Part shown: positions 17,749 to 27,139 of the stretch, one piece after another
Position numbering within the stretch: the stretch's first letter is position 1
Layout of the letters: each line of letters starts with the position of its first letter
Source of the DNA: Candidatus Jorgensenbacteria bacterium
GTDB taxonomy: Bacteria > Patescibacteriota > Minisyncoccia > UBA6257 > GWB1-50-10
Assembly (NCBI GenBank): GCA_011050075.1
Contig: DRGK01000003.1
Location: 1 to 46,758 of the forward strand
Direction: 5' to 3'
Length of the DNA: 46,758 nucleotides
Notes under the pieces: model-generated
The model's input: the letters and a program-made list of their open reading frames with translations, nothing else
What the model was told of the DNA's origin: nothing
Databases searched by the model: none
Program-made: the position numbers and the translations under genes

Positions 17749-19664
17749 TAATTAAAAGATCAAACGACAATCCGATATTAAAACCAAACAGAGAGCAGTC
17801 ATGGGAAGCAGAGGCGGTTTTTAATGGGTGTCCGGTCAAAAAAGGCAATCGTATATATCTTCTTTATCGGGCATTATCTTTACCTCACTACCACACTTCT
17901 GCACAAACAAAGATGATGATTTCTGATATTGGTATTGCAGATAGTAAAGATGGAGTTCATTTTGAAAACAGGAAACGATTTATTGTTCCGGAACATTCTT
18001 GGGAAAGGTTCGGCTGTGAAGATCCAAGAGTGACCCACCTGAATGGTACATACTACATTTTTTATACGGCGCTTTCCGAGTATCCTTTTACGGCTGATGG
18101 AATTAAAGTTGGATTGGCAGTAAGCAAAAATTTAAAGAAAGTTGATGAAAAGCATCTCGTTACTCCTTTTAATGCCAAAGGAATGGCTCTTTTCCCGGAG
18201 AAAATAAACGGGAAAATGTGGGCGATACTTACGGTTCATACCGATAAACCTCCGGCAAAAATATGCCTAACTTCTTTTGATAAAGAAGAAGATATGTGGT
18301 CTGAACGTTATTGGAAGAAATGGTATAAAAATTTTGAGAAACATTCTTTACCGCTGGCACGCAATCCCGAGGATCATGTTGAGGTTGGTGCCCCGCCTAT
18401 AAAAACAAAATATGGCTGGCTCCTCATTTATTCTTATATTAGGGGTTACTTTTCTCCACGGAGACTTTTCACTGCAGAGGCGGTACTTCTTGATTTAAAG
18501 AACCCTTCTAAGATTATTGCCAGAACCGAGGCGCCGATTTTAATCCCTGAGGAATATTACGAGAGAATTGGTCTTGTACCGAATATGATTTTTCCATCGG
18601 GCGTATTAATTGAAGGGGATTGCCTCAGCCTCTATTATGGCGCTGCTGATACTACGTGCTGCTTGGCCACCATTGAACTTTCTTCGCTATTGGGTCAGAT
18701 ACTAGAGAGAGGTAAGAATTCTGCAAAACTTAAACGTGCCAAAGAGAATCCTATTATTACTCCAGAAAAAAAACATGCTTGGGAAAGCAAAGCTACGTTC
18801 AATCCGGGAGCACTATACCTTAAAGATAAGGTTCATCTTGTGTATCGTGCAATGTCCGAAAACAATACTTCAGTATTTGGTTACGCGACAAGTCAAGATG
18901 GAATTCATATTGACTATCGTCTGTCACAGCCAATCTATACTCCCCGCGAATCATTTGAGCAAAAACTTCAACCCGGGGGAAACTCAGGCTGCGAGGATCC
19001 GCGACTGACTAAAATCGGAAACAAAATCTATATGTGCTATACAGCCTTTGATGGCAAACACCCTCCCCGTGTAGCCTTAACATGGATACGTTCTAATGAT
19101 TTTTTAAATCAGCAATGGCATTGGTCAAAGCCGGTTCTCATTTCGCCCCCGGACCTGGATGATAAGGACGCGTTCATTTTTCCGGAAAAATTTAATGGAA
19201 AGTATGTGATTATACACCGAAGCGGAGATGACATTGATCTTGCTTTTAGTTCAACCTTGAATTTTAAGGGTGATACGTGGCTTGAAGAATACCGCTGGAT
19301 AATACCAAGAAAGGGATGGTGGGACAGTAAAAAAGTGGGAGCTGCCGCTCCGCCTATTAAAACTAAAGAGGGATGGGTTTTTCTTTATCACGGTGTTTCT
19401 GATAAAGGAGTTTATCGGGTGGGAGCGGTGCTTTTGAGTCTGAAAAATCCCGTTAAGATAATCGGACGTACCGATAACCCTATTTTTGAACCTGAAACTT
19501 CTTATGAGAAAGAGGGGCAAGTACCGAATGTTGTTTTTCCGTGCGGTATGGTGCTTTTGGAAGAAACCTTATTTGTATACTACGGGGGAGCTGATCAGGT
19601 AGTAGGAGTTGCTACTATTGAGATGAAAAAACTTTTGAAGGTTCTTAAGCAATGCAAGTGCTGA
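17745..19664 (+). CDS. Tandem two-domain GH130-like glycosidase/phosphorylase
   Basis: Two copies of NPI..P, FNxx, GCEDPR, PPIKT..GW and YYGxAD. Confidence 0.88.
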   Translation: MIIKRSNDNPILKPNREQSWEAEAVFNGCPVKKGNRIYLLYRALSLPHYHTSAQTKMMISDIGIADSKDGVHFENRKRFIVPEHSWERFGCEDPRVTHLNGTYYIFYTALSEYPFTADGIKVGLAVSKNLKKVDEKHLVTPFNAKGMALFPEKINGKMWAILTVHTDKPPAKICLTSFDKEEDMWSERYWKKWYKNFEKHSLPLARNPEDHVEVGAPPIKTKYGWLLIYSYIRGYFSPRRLFTAEAVLLDLKNPSKIIARTEAPILIPEEYYERIGLVPNMIFPSGVLIEGDCLSLYYGAADTTCCLATIELSSLLGQILERGKNSAKLKRAKENPIITPEKKHAWESKATFNPGALYLKDKVHLVYRAMSENNTSVFGYATSQDGIHIDYRLSQPIYTPRESFEQKLQPGGNSGCEDPRLTKIGNKIYMCYTAFDGKHPPRVALTWIRSNDFLNQQWHWSKPVLISPPDLDDKDAFIFPEKFNGKYVIIHRSGDDIDLAFSSTLNFKGDTWLEEYRWIIPRKGWWDSKKVGAAAPPIKTKEGWVFLYHGVSDKGVYRVGAVLLSLKNPVKIIGRTDNPIFEPETSYEKEGQVPNVVFPCGMVLLEETLFVYYGGADQVVGVATIEMKKLLKVLKQCKC

Positions 19665-19673
19665 AAACATTGT

Positions 19674-19703
19674 AAAAAAATAGGCGAAATCGCCTATTTT
19701 TTT
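19674..19703. terminator. Bidirectional intrinsic terminator
   Basis: A7-taggcg-aaat-cgccta-T7. Confidence 0.8.
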
Positions 19704-19748
19704 CTTGGAGAGTGTTTTCAAGCATTGAGTGCAGATGAGTGCTCGTTT
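19697..19748 (-). repeat. Duplicate of the rpmB 3' end (att-like remnant)
   Basis: 47/52 identical to 21515-21566. All 5 differences are synonymous (KRALICTQCLKTLSKKK). Confidence 0.9.
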
Positions 19749-19826
19749 ATCCCATGAAATTTGAAAAATAAAGAAAATGCGGTATAAAGAAGCCAGAACT
19801 TAAACAATAAAACACAGGAGGTGTGT

Positions 19827-21437
19827 ATGGAAAAGAATAAAAAGAATGCAATACTCTCGGTCTTTGATAAGACTGGTATTGTTGAATTCGCGCAGGAATT
19901 GGTGAGTCTTGACTGGAAGATATTTTCTTCAAGCGGTACTGCACGAGTGCTTCATGAAGGGGGAATTCCGGTGACAGATGTTTCTAAAATTACCGGACTC
20001 GCACCAATTCTTGATCATCGTGTTGCAACGCTGGCTCCGCAGATACACGGTGGTCTACTTGCTATGGAGAAACATTTGCAAGAGCTCAAGAAGCTGGGCT
20101 ATCCATGGATTGATCTTGTTTGCGTGGATCTCTACCCGCTTAAGGAAGAAATTTGTCGGCCCGGTGCAACACTGGAATCAGTCCTTGAAAAGACCGATAT
20201 TGGCGGCCCAACACTCCTTAGGTCGGGTGCGAAAGGTCGGCGTATTGTTGTGATAGGATCCAGTGATCGCGAGCGTGTTATAGAGTGGCTTAAAAATGGT
20301 GAGCCGAATGCGGAGGAATTCAGGAATGCATTAGCGGCTAAGGCAGAAGCAATTGCCGCTGATTATTCTCTGGAATCGGCGCGTTTCCGTGGAAATGGTA
20401 ACTATGACGGTATAATTGGTCATAGGGTGGTGTCTTGCAAATACGGAGAGAATCCTTGGCAGACACCAGCCGCATTGTTCGCACAAGAAACGAATGATAG
20501 TCTCGCACTTCAAAACTTCAAATTGGTAGAAGGAAGTGATCCGAGCTACATAAACTGGTGTGACATTGACCGGCTACTTCAAACTATCACTCATATCGCT
20601 GCGGTATTTGAACAAAATCACAATAACATCCCGTTCATTGCTGTAGGAGCCAAACATGGGAATGCATGCGGTGCTTCAGTTGCTACAGATGCGGGTGATG
20701 CGCTTCGTGGCATGATTGATGGTGATCCCTTGGCGTTATTTGGTGGGTTGGTGATGACGAATTTTCCAATCAGTGGGCAAGAAGCGAAGCTTCTACGAGA
20801 ATGGAACACATCGGATGGAACAAAACGAATTCTTGATGGTGTTCTTGCTCCGTCGTTCAGTAAAGAAGCAAGACTGAACCTAAGCAGAAAAGGTGGTAAG
20901 TGCCGCCTACTGGAGAACTCAGCCCTTGAAAACCTTGGTATGGATTCACTGGACGTTGCACCGCGATTTCGTTATGTGCGCGGTGGATTTCTCCGTCAAC
21001 CAAACTACACTTATGTGCTTGATCTCAAAGATCCTGATCTTGAGATTGTTGGACATACGTGTTCAGAATCTCAAAAGACTGATTTACTTCTCGCTTGTGC
21101 AGTTGGTAGCACAAGTAATTCTAATACGATTACGCTCGTGAAGAACGGAGCGGTAATAGGGAACGGAGTCGGTCAAAAAGATCGTGTCGGTGCGGCAACA
21201 CTCGCTATAGCTGGTGCTAAGCGAAGCGGGCATGACATCAGAGGTGCAGTCGCTTACTCAGATAGTTTCTTTCCATTCCCGGACGGACCACAGATTCTCA
21301 TTGAGGCCGGAGTGCAAGTCATTTTTACTTCAAAGGGATCCGTGAAAGACGAAGCTACTCGAGAAGTTTGTAGGGAAGCAGAGATATCTTTGTATTTCCT
21401 TCCAGACTCAAGGTGTCGAGGTTTTTTCGGACACTAA
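19827..21437 (+). CDS. purH: Bifunctional AICAR transformylase / IMP cyclohydrolase
   Basis: AILSVFDKTGI, IHGGLLA, DIGGPTLLRSGAK, KYGENPWQ, KHGNACG, SDSFFPFPDG and terminal RGFFGH. SD AGGAGGTG precedes ATG 19827. Confidence 0.92.
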   Translation: MEKNKKNAILSVFDKTGIVEFAQELVSLDWKIFSSSGTARVLHEGGIPVTDVSKITGLAPILDHRVATLAPQIHGGLLAMEKHLQELKKLGYPWIDLVCVDLYPLKEEICRPGATLESVLEKTDIGGPTLLRSGAKGRRIVVIGSSDRERVIEWLKNGEPNAEEFRNALAAKAEAIAADYSLESARFRGNGNYDGIIGHRVVSCKYGENPWQTPAALFAQETNDSLALQNFKLVEGSDPSYINWCDIDRLLQTITHIAAVFEQNHNNIPFIAVGAKHGNACGASVATDAGDALRGMIDGDPLALFGGLVMTNFPISGQEAKLLREWNTSDGTKRILDGVLAPSFSKEARLNLSRKGGKCRLLENSALENLGMDSLDVAPRFRYVRGGFLRQPNYTYVLDLKDPDLEIVGHTCSESQKTDLLLACAVGSTSNSNTITLVKNGAVIGNGVGQKDRVGAATLAIAGAKRSGHDIRGAVAYSDSFFPFPDGPQILIEAGVQVIFTSKGSVKDEATREVCREAEISLYFLPDSRCRGFFGH

Positions 21438-21455
21438 CGTTAGCTAACTATCCTT

Positions 21456-21491
21456 AGGCACTGTTGGTTGAATACCAACAGTGCCTTTTTT
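21456..21491 (+). terminator. Intrinsic terminator of purH
   Basis: 13-bp stem aggcactgttggt/accaacagtgcct followed by a T-tract. Confidence 0.85.
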
Positions 21492-21509
21492 ATATTAAAA
21501 ATACGGGTG

Positions 21510-21701
21510 TTACTTTTTTTTCTTGGAGAGTGTTTTTAGACACTGCGTGCAGATGAGTGCTCGTTTGCCCGAAGGAAGAATTGTTCTTTGCAGGTTTGCC
21601 TTGCGTTTGTAGTGCTTGTTCACAGGGTTGTAATGTCCACGCAATAGTTTGCGTTTGCCGCCCATCGTATGTGATTTTTCACAGAGTTCGCATTTGCGCA
21701 T
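21510..21701 (-). CDS. rpmB: 50S ribosomal protein L28 (Zn-binding type)
   Basis: CELC...KRKANLQ...ICTQCLK; promoter TTGACG-17-TACGCT upstream on the minus strand. Confidence 0.88.
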   Translation of the reverse strand: MRKCELCEKSHTMGGKRKLLRGHYNPVNKHYKRKANLQRTILPSGKRALICTQCLKTLSKKKK

Positions 21702-21742
21702 AGTTCGTACAGCGTACTTATATTATTGTGCTCCGTCAATAG

Positions 21743-22372
21743 CTACCCAAGTATTGCTTCCTTGTAGGTGCCGTTGGTAAAGTCAAATTCGTAGTATGTG
21801 CCGCCGTCTCCACTGTCAACTTTGAGTACTGCCTCAGTCCGTCCTGAGTCTATTTTAAAGACCACTTCACCCTCAACAGCACTTTGAGGCGGCATAGAGT
21901 CAAACGCACCGCGTACGTGCACCGGTTTTTGGTTTGAACGGGAAGGTTCTACGAGTTCAAAAAAGTTACCGGGATCAAAGGCGCTGTATGAAGTTGCTCT
22001 ATTGGTAAAGGTTTTGATATGTAAGGTAAGGAAACCATCTTTCGCCTTGGATACCTTTTCAACTGAAACGGTCAGTTGCGTGGTTGGAGAAAGAAGCGGG
22101 CTTGATTCTATTTGAAATAGGATCGCAGTGGGAATCACGACACTGCCTTCATATGTCCGGCGTGGTTCAGCGAGCGTCGTTGTGGCTTCATCGGATGCCG
22201 GCGTTACCGTTTCGGGAACGCTAGTTATCCCGCTTGAGAAGATATCAAGATTGAGAGCTACGTTGCGCACCTCATCTTGTATGACTTGAAGCTTACTGAG
22301 CACGAAGAAAAACCCGACGATACATACGAGTATGAGTACGGAAAACATAATCCCCACATTCGTTCGTTTCAT
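21743..22372 (-). CDS. Hypothetical membrane-anchored protein
   Basis: 209-aa ORF: N-terminal TM, T/P-rich linker, beta-rich C-terminal domain; TGaTATAAT just upstream. Confidence 0.75.
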   Translation of the reverse strand: MKRTNVGIMFSVLILVCIVGFFFVLSKLQVIQDEVRNVALNLDIFSSGITSVPETVTPASDEATTTLAEPRRTYEGSVVIPTAILFQIESSPLLSPTTQLTVSVEKVSKAKDGFLTLHIKTFTNRATSYSAFDPGNFFELVEPSRSNQKPVHVRGAFDSMPPQSAVEGEVVFKIDSGRTEAVLKVDSGDGGTYYEFDFTNGTYKEAILG

Positions 22373-22416
22373 ACTGCCATTATATCATCTTTCCACAATA
22401 CGGTTATAATGGGGAC

Positions 22417-23064
22417 ATGGAATTTATTATATTCCAGATTTTAATATTACTATTCTCTATTGTCGTACATGAAGTTGCGCATGGCTTTATGGCGGAACAC
22501 TTAGGAGACCCTACGGCACGTATGGCGGGGAGATTAACTCTCAATCCATTGAAACACATTGATGCGTTTGGGTCTGTGCTATTACCACTCCTACTTATTG
22601 TTACTCGTTCGCCAATTGTGCTTGGTTGGGCAAAGCCGGTCCCGTACAATCCGCATCTACTGACCAAAGATCTGAAGTATGGACCGCTCAAGGTTGCACT
22701 CGCAGGACCGGGAGCAAACATCACTATTGCAGTTCTCTTTGGAATATTACTGCGTTTCACTTACATGTACTCGGTACCATTTACCTTTCTCGTTGGTATT
22801 ATCGTGTTTCTGAATCTTCTGCTCGCGGTATTCAATCTTATGCCGATTCCGCCGCTTGATGGCTCTAAAATTTTGACTGTGCTGCTGCCACGGAAGTATT
22901 CGCTCATGGTACAGCAGATCGGTATGGTCGGTATTATGCTTGTACTACTGTTCGTATTTTATTTTGGTAATGTTATTTTTGGGCTGACTTCAGTTATGTT
23001 TCAGGTTATTGCGGGTGCAGATGCGTTCCATGTGTTTATGATGGTCATGAACAAAGGGATTTGA
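22417..23064 (+). CDS. Site-2 protease (peptidase M50)
   Basis: HEVAH, GDPTAR..GRLTLNP, ALAGP and FNLMPIPPLDG motifs. Confidence 0.92.
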   Translation: MEFIIFQILILLFSIVVHEVAHGFMAEHLGDPTARMAGRLTLNPLKHIDAFGSVLLPLLLIVTRSPIVLGWAKPVPYNPHLLTKDLKYGPLKVALAGPGANITIAVLFGILLRFTYMYSVPFTFLVGIIVFLNLLLAVFNLMPIPPLDGSKILTVLLPRKYSLMVQQIGMVGIMLVLLFVFYFGNVIFGLTSVMFQVIAGADAFHVFMMVMNKGI

Positions 23065-23090
23065 CAACCACCTTTATTTATATGTACACT
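23061..23090 (+). promoter_or_regulatory. Sigma70 promoter of rpsL-rpsG-fusA
   Basis: TTGACA-18-TACACT ending 10 nt before the rpsL ATG. Confidence 0.7.
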
Positions 23091-23100
23091 CTACAACACT

Positions 23101-23529
23101 ATGCCGACTATTAATCAGTTATTAAAAAAAGGCAGGGAGCGGGCGCCTAAGAAACCAAAGACGCCGGCTTTGGATTACTATTTTAATTCATTACAGAATA
23201 AGCCGGTGAAGTCATCTTCGCCATTCAAGCGTGGTGTGTGCGTAAAAGTGTTTACGACAACTCCTAAGAAACCTAACTCGGCACTCAGGAAAGTTGCTCG
23301 TGTGCGGTTGACTAATGGAATGGAAGTGACTGCATATATTCCGGGCGAAGGTCACAATTTACAGGAGCACTCAATAGTACTTCTACGCGGCGGCAGGGTT
23401 AAGGATTTGCCTGGTGTCCGGTATCACATAGTACGCGGCGTACTTGACACGGGAAGCGTTGAAGGCAGGAATCAGAAGCGGTCAAAGTACGGTACAAAAA
23501 AGAAGAAAGTTAGCGAATCAGCGTCATAG
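23101..23529 (+). CDS. rpsL: 30S ribosomal protein S12
   Basis: [30 protein letters not shown]. Confidence 0.98.
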   Translation: MPTINQLLKKGRERAPKKPKTPALDYYFNSLQNKPVKSSSPFKRGVCVKVFTTTPKKPNSALRKVARVRLTNGMEVTAYIPGEGHNLQEHSIVLLRGGRVKDLPGVRYHIVRGVLDTGSVEGRNQKRSKYGTKKKKVSESAS

Positions 23530-23532
23530 TGT

Positions 23533-24006
23533 ATGCGAAAAAGAACGTATTACAAAAAGAAAGAACGTGTTCCGGATCATAAGTATGACCGGATAGATGT
23601 TGGGCTGTTTATTAACTATCTTATGTGGGACGGCAAGCGCACGGTTGCCGAGCACGTATTTTACGGCGCACTTGATGAGATACGGAAGCGCACGAAAGAT
23701 GATGGTGTAGAGACCTTTGAACATGCAATTGAGAATGTAACTCCGCTCCTTGAATTAGTATCACGTCGTGTTGGTGGTGCGAACTACCAGATTCCTCGAG
23801 AGGTTCGTCCGGAACGAAAGTTTTTTCTCGCATCACGTTGGATTATTACGGCAGCGCGCAAAAAGAAAGGGAAGCCTATGTATGAGCGTCTTGCTGATGA
23901 ACTGATAGCAGCATCTAAAAACGAAGGAGAAGCTATTAAAAAGAAACAGGATACGCACCGCATGGCGGAAGCGAACCGCGCTTTTGCAAGCCTCTTGCGG
24001 CGCTAA
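23533..24006 (+). CDS. rpsG: 30S ribosomal protein S7
   Basis: SRRVGGANYQIP, HRMAEANRAF. Confidence 0.97.
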   Translation: MRKRTYYKKKERVPDHKYDRIDVGLFINYLMWDGKRTVAEHVFYGALDEIRKRTKDDGVETFEHAIENVTPLLELVSRRVGGANYQIPREVRPERKFFLASRWIITAARKKKGKPMYERLADELIAASKNEGEAIKKKQDTHRMAEANRAFASLLRR

Positions 24007-24058
24007 TCACATTTATCTATTTTTATTAACTAGTTACTAATCACTAGCTGCTTTTCAA

Positions 24059-26197
24059 ATGGCAAGAAAATATCCAATAGAAAGAGTACGAAACATCGGC
24101 ATTATTGCTCATATTGATGCCGGTAAAACAACCGTAAGTGAACGGGCACTTTTCTATACCGGTGTTTCGCACAAAATTGGTGAAGTACATGAGGGAGAAG
24201 CGATCATGGACTGGATGGAGCAGGAGCGTGAACGCGGCATTACTATCACCTCTGCAACTACTACCTGTTTTTGGCTGCCATCATACTACACTATCGGTGG
24301 GGTTGATGAGAAAAAACTTGAGGAGTTGAAAGGATTATATGAGCACCGTATTAATATCATTGATACACCGGGACATATTGACTTTACAGTAGAAGTGAAG
24401 CGATCGCTCCGTGTGCTTGATGGTGCCGTCGTTGTGTTTGATGGTGTTGCAGGAGTTGAGCCGCAGTCAGAGACAAACTGGCACTATGCCGATGAGTATA
24501 AGGTGCCGCGCATATGTTTTATTAATAAACTGGACCGTACCGGCGCAAGTTTTGAAAAGAGTCTGCAGTCCATTTATGACCAGCTTACTACTAAAGCGGT
24601 TGCAATTCAGCTCCCCATTGGCATTGAGAGCAATTTCGTTGGCGTTGTTGATTTACTTACAGAAAAAGCATATGGGTTTGAAGGTGAGTTGGGTAAAGAT
24701 GTGAAGGAAATACCGATACCGGATAATATCAAAGATGAGGTGAGTGAACGAAGACATGAACTTATAGAGAAAATTGCTGAAACAGACGAGGCATTGCTTG
24801 AAAAATACCTGGAGGATGAAGCCAGTCTACCAATTGCAGAATTGAAAACCGTACTGCGTAAAGCAACCATTCGTCTTGATATCATACCGGTGCTATGCGG
24901 TTCTGCACTGAAAAATAAAGGCGTACAGCTTATGCTTGATGCTGTTGTTGATTACCTTCCCGCACCGACAGATCTTCCACCAGTAACAGGTATAGATCCA
25001 AGAACTAATAAAGAACTCCAGCGTAAGCCAAGTGATGATGAACCGGTAGCGGCACTCGCATTCAAGATAGCTACCGACCCGTATGTTGGCGTACTGACGT
25101 ACTTTCGCTTGTATTCGGGAATATTGAAGCGCGGTAGTTATGTACTGAATGCAACACAGGACAAGCAAGAGCGCATCGGGCGTATTCTGCGCATGCACGC
25201 CAACCATCGGGAAGAAGTTGATGAAATCTATGCAGGTGATTTAGGTGCTATTGTTGGACTCAAAAATACTACAACTGGTGATACCCTAACTGATCCCAAT
25301 CACCCGATCGTGTTAGAGACGATTACGTTCCCTGAACCGGTTATTTCGGTGCGCATTGAGCCGAAAACAAAAGCTGACCAGGAAAAAATGAGTACTGCAC
25401 TCCATAAATTGGGTAATGAAGACCCAACATTTAAGATGGGAGCTGATCAGGATACCGGTGAGACCATTATTTCCGGCATGGGTGAACTGCATCTTGAAAT
25501 TATTATTGACCGCCTAAAACGTGAGTTTGGTGTTGAGACTGATATGGGACGGCCGCGGGTGGCATACAAAGAGACAATTTCAAAAGAAGCGGAGGCGGAA
25601 GGTAAGTTCATTCGTCAGTCCGGCGGTCGTGGGCAGTACGGTCACGTGCGCTTGCGAATAGAACCGCTTGAGCGGGGGGGTGGGTTTGAGTTTGTTAATG
25701 CGATTAAGGGCGGCAGCATTCCGTCAGAATTTATCCCTTCGGTGGAGAAAGGTGTTAAAGAAGCAATGGGAAGGGGTATTGTTGCCGGATATCCCATTAC
25801 CGATTTGAAGGTAATATTATATGATGGTTCATACCACGAAGTGGACTCGTCAGACATAGCATTTAAGGTAGCAGGGTCAATGGCGTTTCAGGAGGCTGCA
25901 AAGCACGCGGGACTGAAACTGGTAGAACCGATTATGAATATTCAAGTAATTGTTCCGGAGAAGTTTCTCGGTGACGTGACCGGTGATGTGAGCTCAAAGC
26001 GTGGCAGAATATCTTCAATGGATGAACGAGACAATGTTCGCGTGGTCAATGCACACATACCGCTTTCGGAGATGTTTGGATACTCAACCACACTTCGTTC
26101 TATGACACAGGGCAGAGGCTCATTCAATATGGAATTTTCGCACTACGATGTAGTGCCGCAGAGCGTATCTCAAGAAATTGTAGAGGGTAGGAAGTAG
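24059..26197 (+). CDS. fusA: Elongation factor G
   Basis: [39 protein letters not shown]. Confidence 0.98.
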   Translation: MARKYPIERVRNIGIIAHIDAGKTTVSERALFYTGVSHKIGEVHEGEAIMDWMEQERERGITITSATTTCFWLPSYYTIGGVDEKKLEELKGLYEHRINIIDTPGHIDFTVEVKRSLRVLDGAVVVFDGVAGVEPQSETNWHYADEYKVPRICFINKLDRTGASFEKSLQSIYDQLTTKAVAIQLPIGIESNFVGVVDLLTEKAYGFEGELGKDVKEIPIPDNIKDEVSERRHELIEKIAETDEALLEKYLEDEASLPIAELKTVLRKATIRLDIIPVLCGSALKNKGVQLMLDAVVDYLPAPTDLPPVTGIDPRTNKELQRKPSDDEPVAALAFKIATDPYVGVLTYFRLYSGILKRGSYVLNATQDKQERIGRILRMHANHREEVDEIYAGDLGAIVGLKNTTTGDTLTDPNHPIVLETITFPEPVISVRIEPKTKADQEKMSTALHKLGNEDPTFKMGADQDTGETIISGMGELHLEIIIDRLKREFGVETDMGRPRVAYKETISKEAEAEGKFIRQSGGRGQYGHVRLRIEPLERGGGFEFVNAIKGGSIPSEFIPSVEKGVKEAMGRGIVAGYPITDLKVILYDGSYHEVDSSDIAFKVAGSMAFQEAAKHAGLKLVEPIMNIQVIVPEKFLGDVTGDVSSKRGRISSMDERDNVRVVNAHIPLSEMFGYSTTLRSMTQGRGSFNMEFSHYDVVPQSVSQEIVEGRK

Positions 26198-26221
26198 GAG
26201 TCGTCAGCATATTCCTTTGGG

Positions 26222-26282
26222 TTGAAGAGTTAAAGAAATTTACGTAAAATAATACGTAAAGGTTTACGTATTATTTTACGTA
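26222..26282 (+). promoter_or_regulatory. Promoter plus a 42-bp inverted-repeat operator (4x TACGTA, 12-bp period)
   Basis: TTGAAG(26222)-17-TAAAAT(26245); tacgtaaaataatacgtaaa-gg-tttacgtattattttacgta at 26241-26282. Confidence 0.8.
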
Positions 26283-26283
26283 C

Positions 26284-26460
26284 ATGTCCACACGCAAAAC
26301 AGGAAAACGAAATATTAGGAAGCTCACCAAGCTCGGCGGCCACTCAATCGGCCTCACCATCCCTATTTCCATTGTCCGCAAACTCAAATGGCGCAATAAA
26401 CAAAAGGTAACGGTCAAACAAGTCGGGAAGCGGGTGATAATAGAGGATTGGGAGAAGTAA
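26284..26460 (+). CDS. AbrB/MazE/SpoVT-like DNA-binding protein (58 aa, below the ORF-track cutoff)
   Basis: MSTRKTGKRNIRKLTKLGGHSIGLTIPISIVRKLKWRNKQKVTVKQVGKRVIIEDWEK fits the swapped-hairpin pattern; stop lies 2 nt before the radC ATG. Confidence 0.82.
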   Translation: MSTRKTGKRNIRKLTKLGGHSIGLTIPISIVRKLKWRNKQKVTVKQVGKRVIIEDWEK

Positions 26461-26462
26461 CT

Positions 26463-27134
26463 ATGCCAAAAATAAAGGATTTACCGAAAGTTGAACGACC
26501 GCGGGAAAAGCTTATTGCCAAAGGTGCCGAGAACCTCAAGGATTCGGATCTTTTGGCCATTCTGCTTCGAACAGGAAAAACCGGGAAAAATGTTATCGAA
26601 ATTGCTTCTCAAATTTTAGCCAAGCATTCCAAGAAACGGATTCTACAGATGACCTATCAAGACATGCTGAAAATAAGCGGCATTGACTCCGCCAAGGCCA
26701 CAACACTTCTTGCCGCTTTTGAGCTTTCAAAACGTGCGTTGGAAGTTAATGACACCAATTTGACGACTATTTCTACAGCTAAAGATGTTGTGGCTCAATT
26801 GACCGAGCTGCGCAATAGTAAAAAAGAGCATTTCGTTGCTCTGTATCTCAATGCCAGAGATCAACTAGTACACAAAGAAACGATTTCAATAGGAACCTTG
26901 AATGCCAATCTGGTTCATCCTCGGGAAATTTTCGAACCAGCTCTTAAATATTTGGCAGCTAACATCACTGTTGCGCATAATCATCCCTCCGGAGATCCAA
27001 AGCCGTCAGAAGACGATCTGGAGATTACGAAGAGATTGGTGAAAGCCGGCAAAATGATGGGCATTGAACTTTTGGATCATGTCATTGTTTCGAAAAATAG
27101 CCACTTTAGTTTTAAAGAGAAACAGTTAATTTAA
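26463..27134 (+). CDS. radC: RadC family JAB/MPN domain protein
   Basis: RPREKL, LLAILLRTG, VHPREIF, AHNHPSGDPKPSEDD, LLDHVIV. Confidence 0.95.
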   Translation: MPKIKDLPKVERPREKLIAKGAENLKDSDLLAILLRTGKTGKNVIEIASQILAKHSKKRILQMTYQDMLKISGIDSAKATTLLAAFELSKRALEVNDTNLTTISTAKDVVAQLTELRNSKKEHFVALYLNARDQLVHKETISIGTLNANLVHPREIFEPALKYLAANITVAHNHPSGDPKPSEDDLEITKRLVKAGKMMGIELLDHVIVSKNSHFSFKEKQLI

Positions 27135-27139
27135 ATAAC

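Noticed and set aside
19749-19826. ZTP riboswitch upstream of purH
   Set aside because: The leader is short and A-rich with no pairing potential.
24020-24055. Short degenerate acta(g/a) repeats between rpsG and fusA
   Set aside because: Only about three imperfect 7-bp units; too weak to support a function.
24270-24345. Possible intein or mobile insert in EF-G ([22 protein letters not shown])
   Set aside because: Only ~20 aa, not palindromic, no intein motifs; it lies in a loop known to vary in length.
26284-27134. MazE-MazF-type toxin-antitoxin pair
   Set aside because: The downstream gene is full-length RadC, and the small protein lacks an acidic toxin-binding tail.
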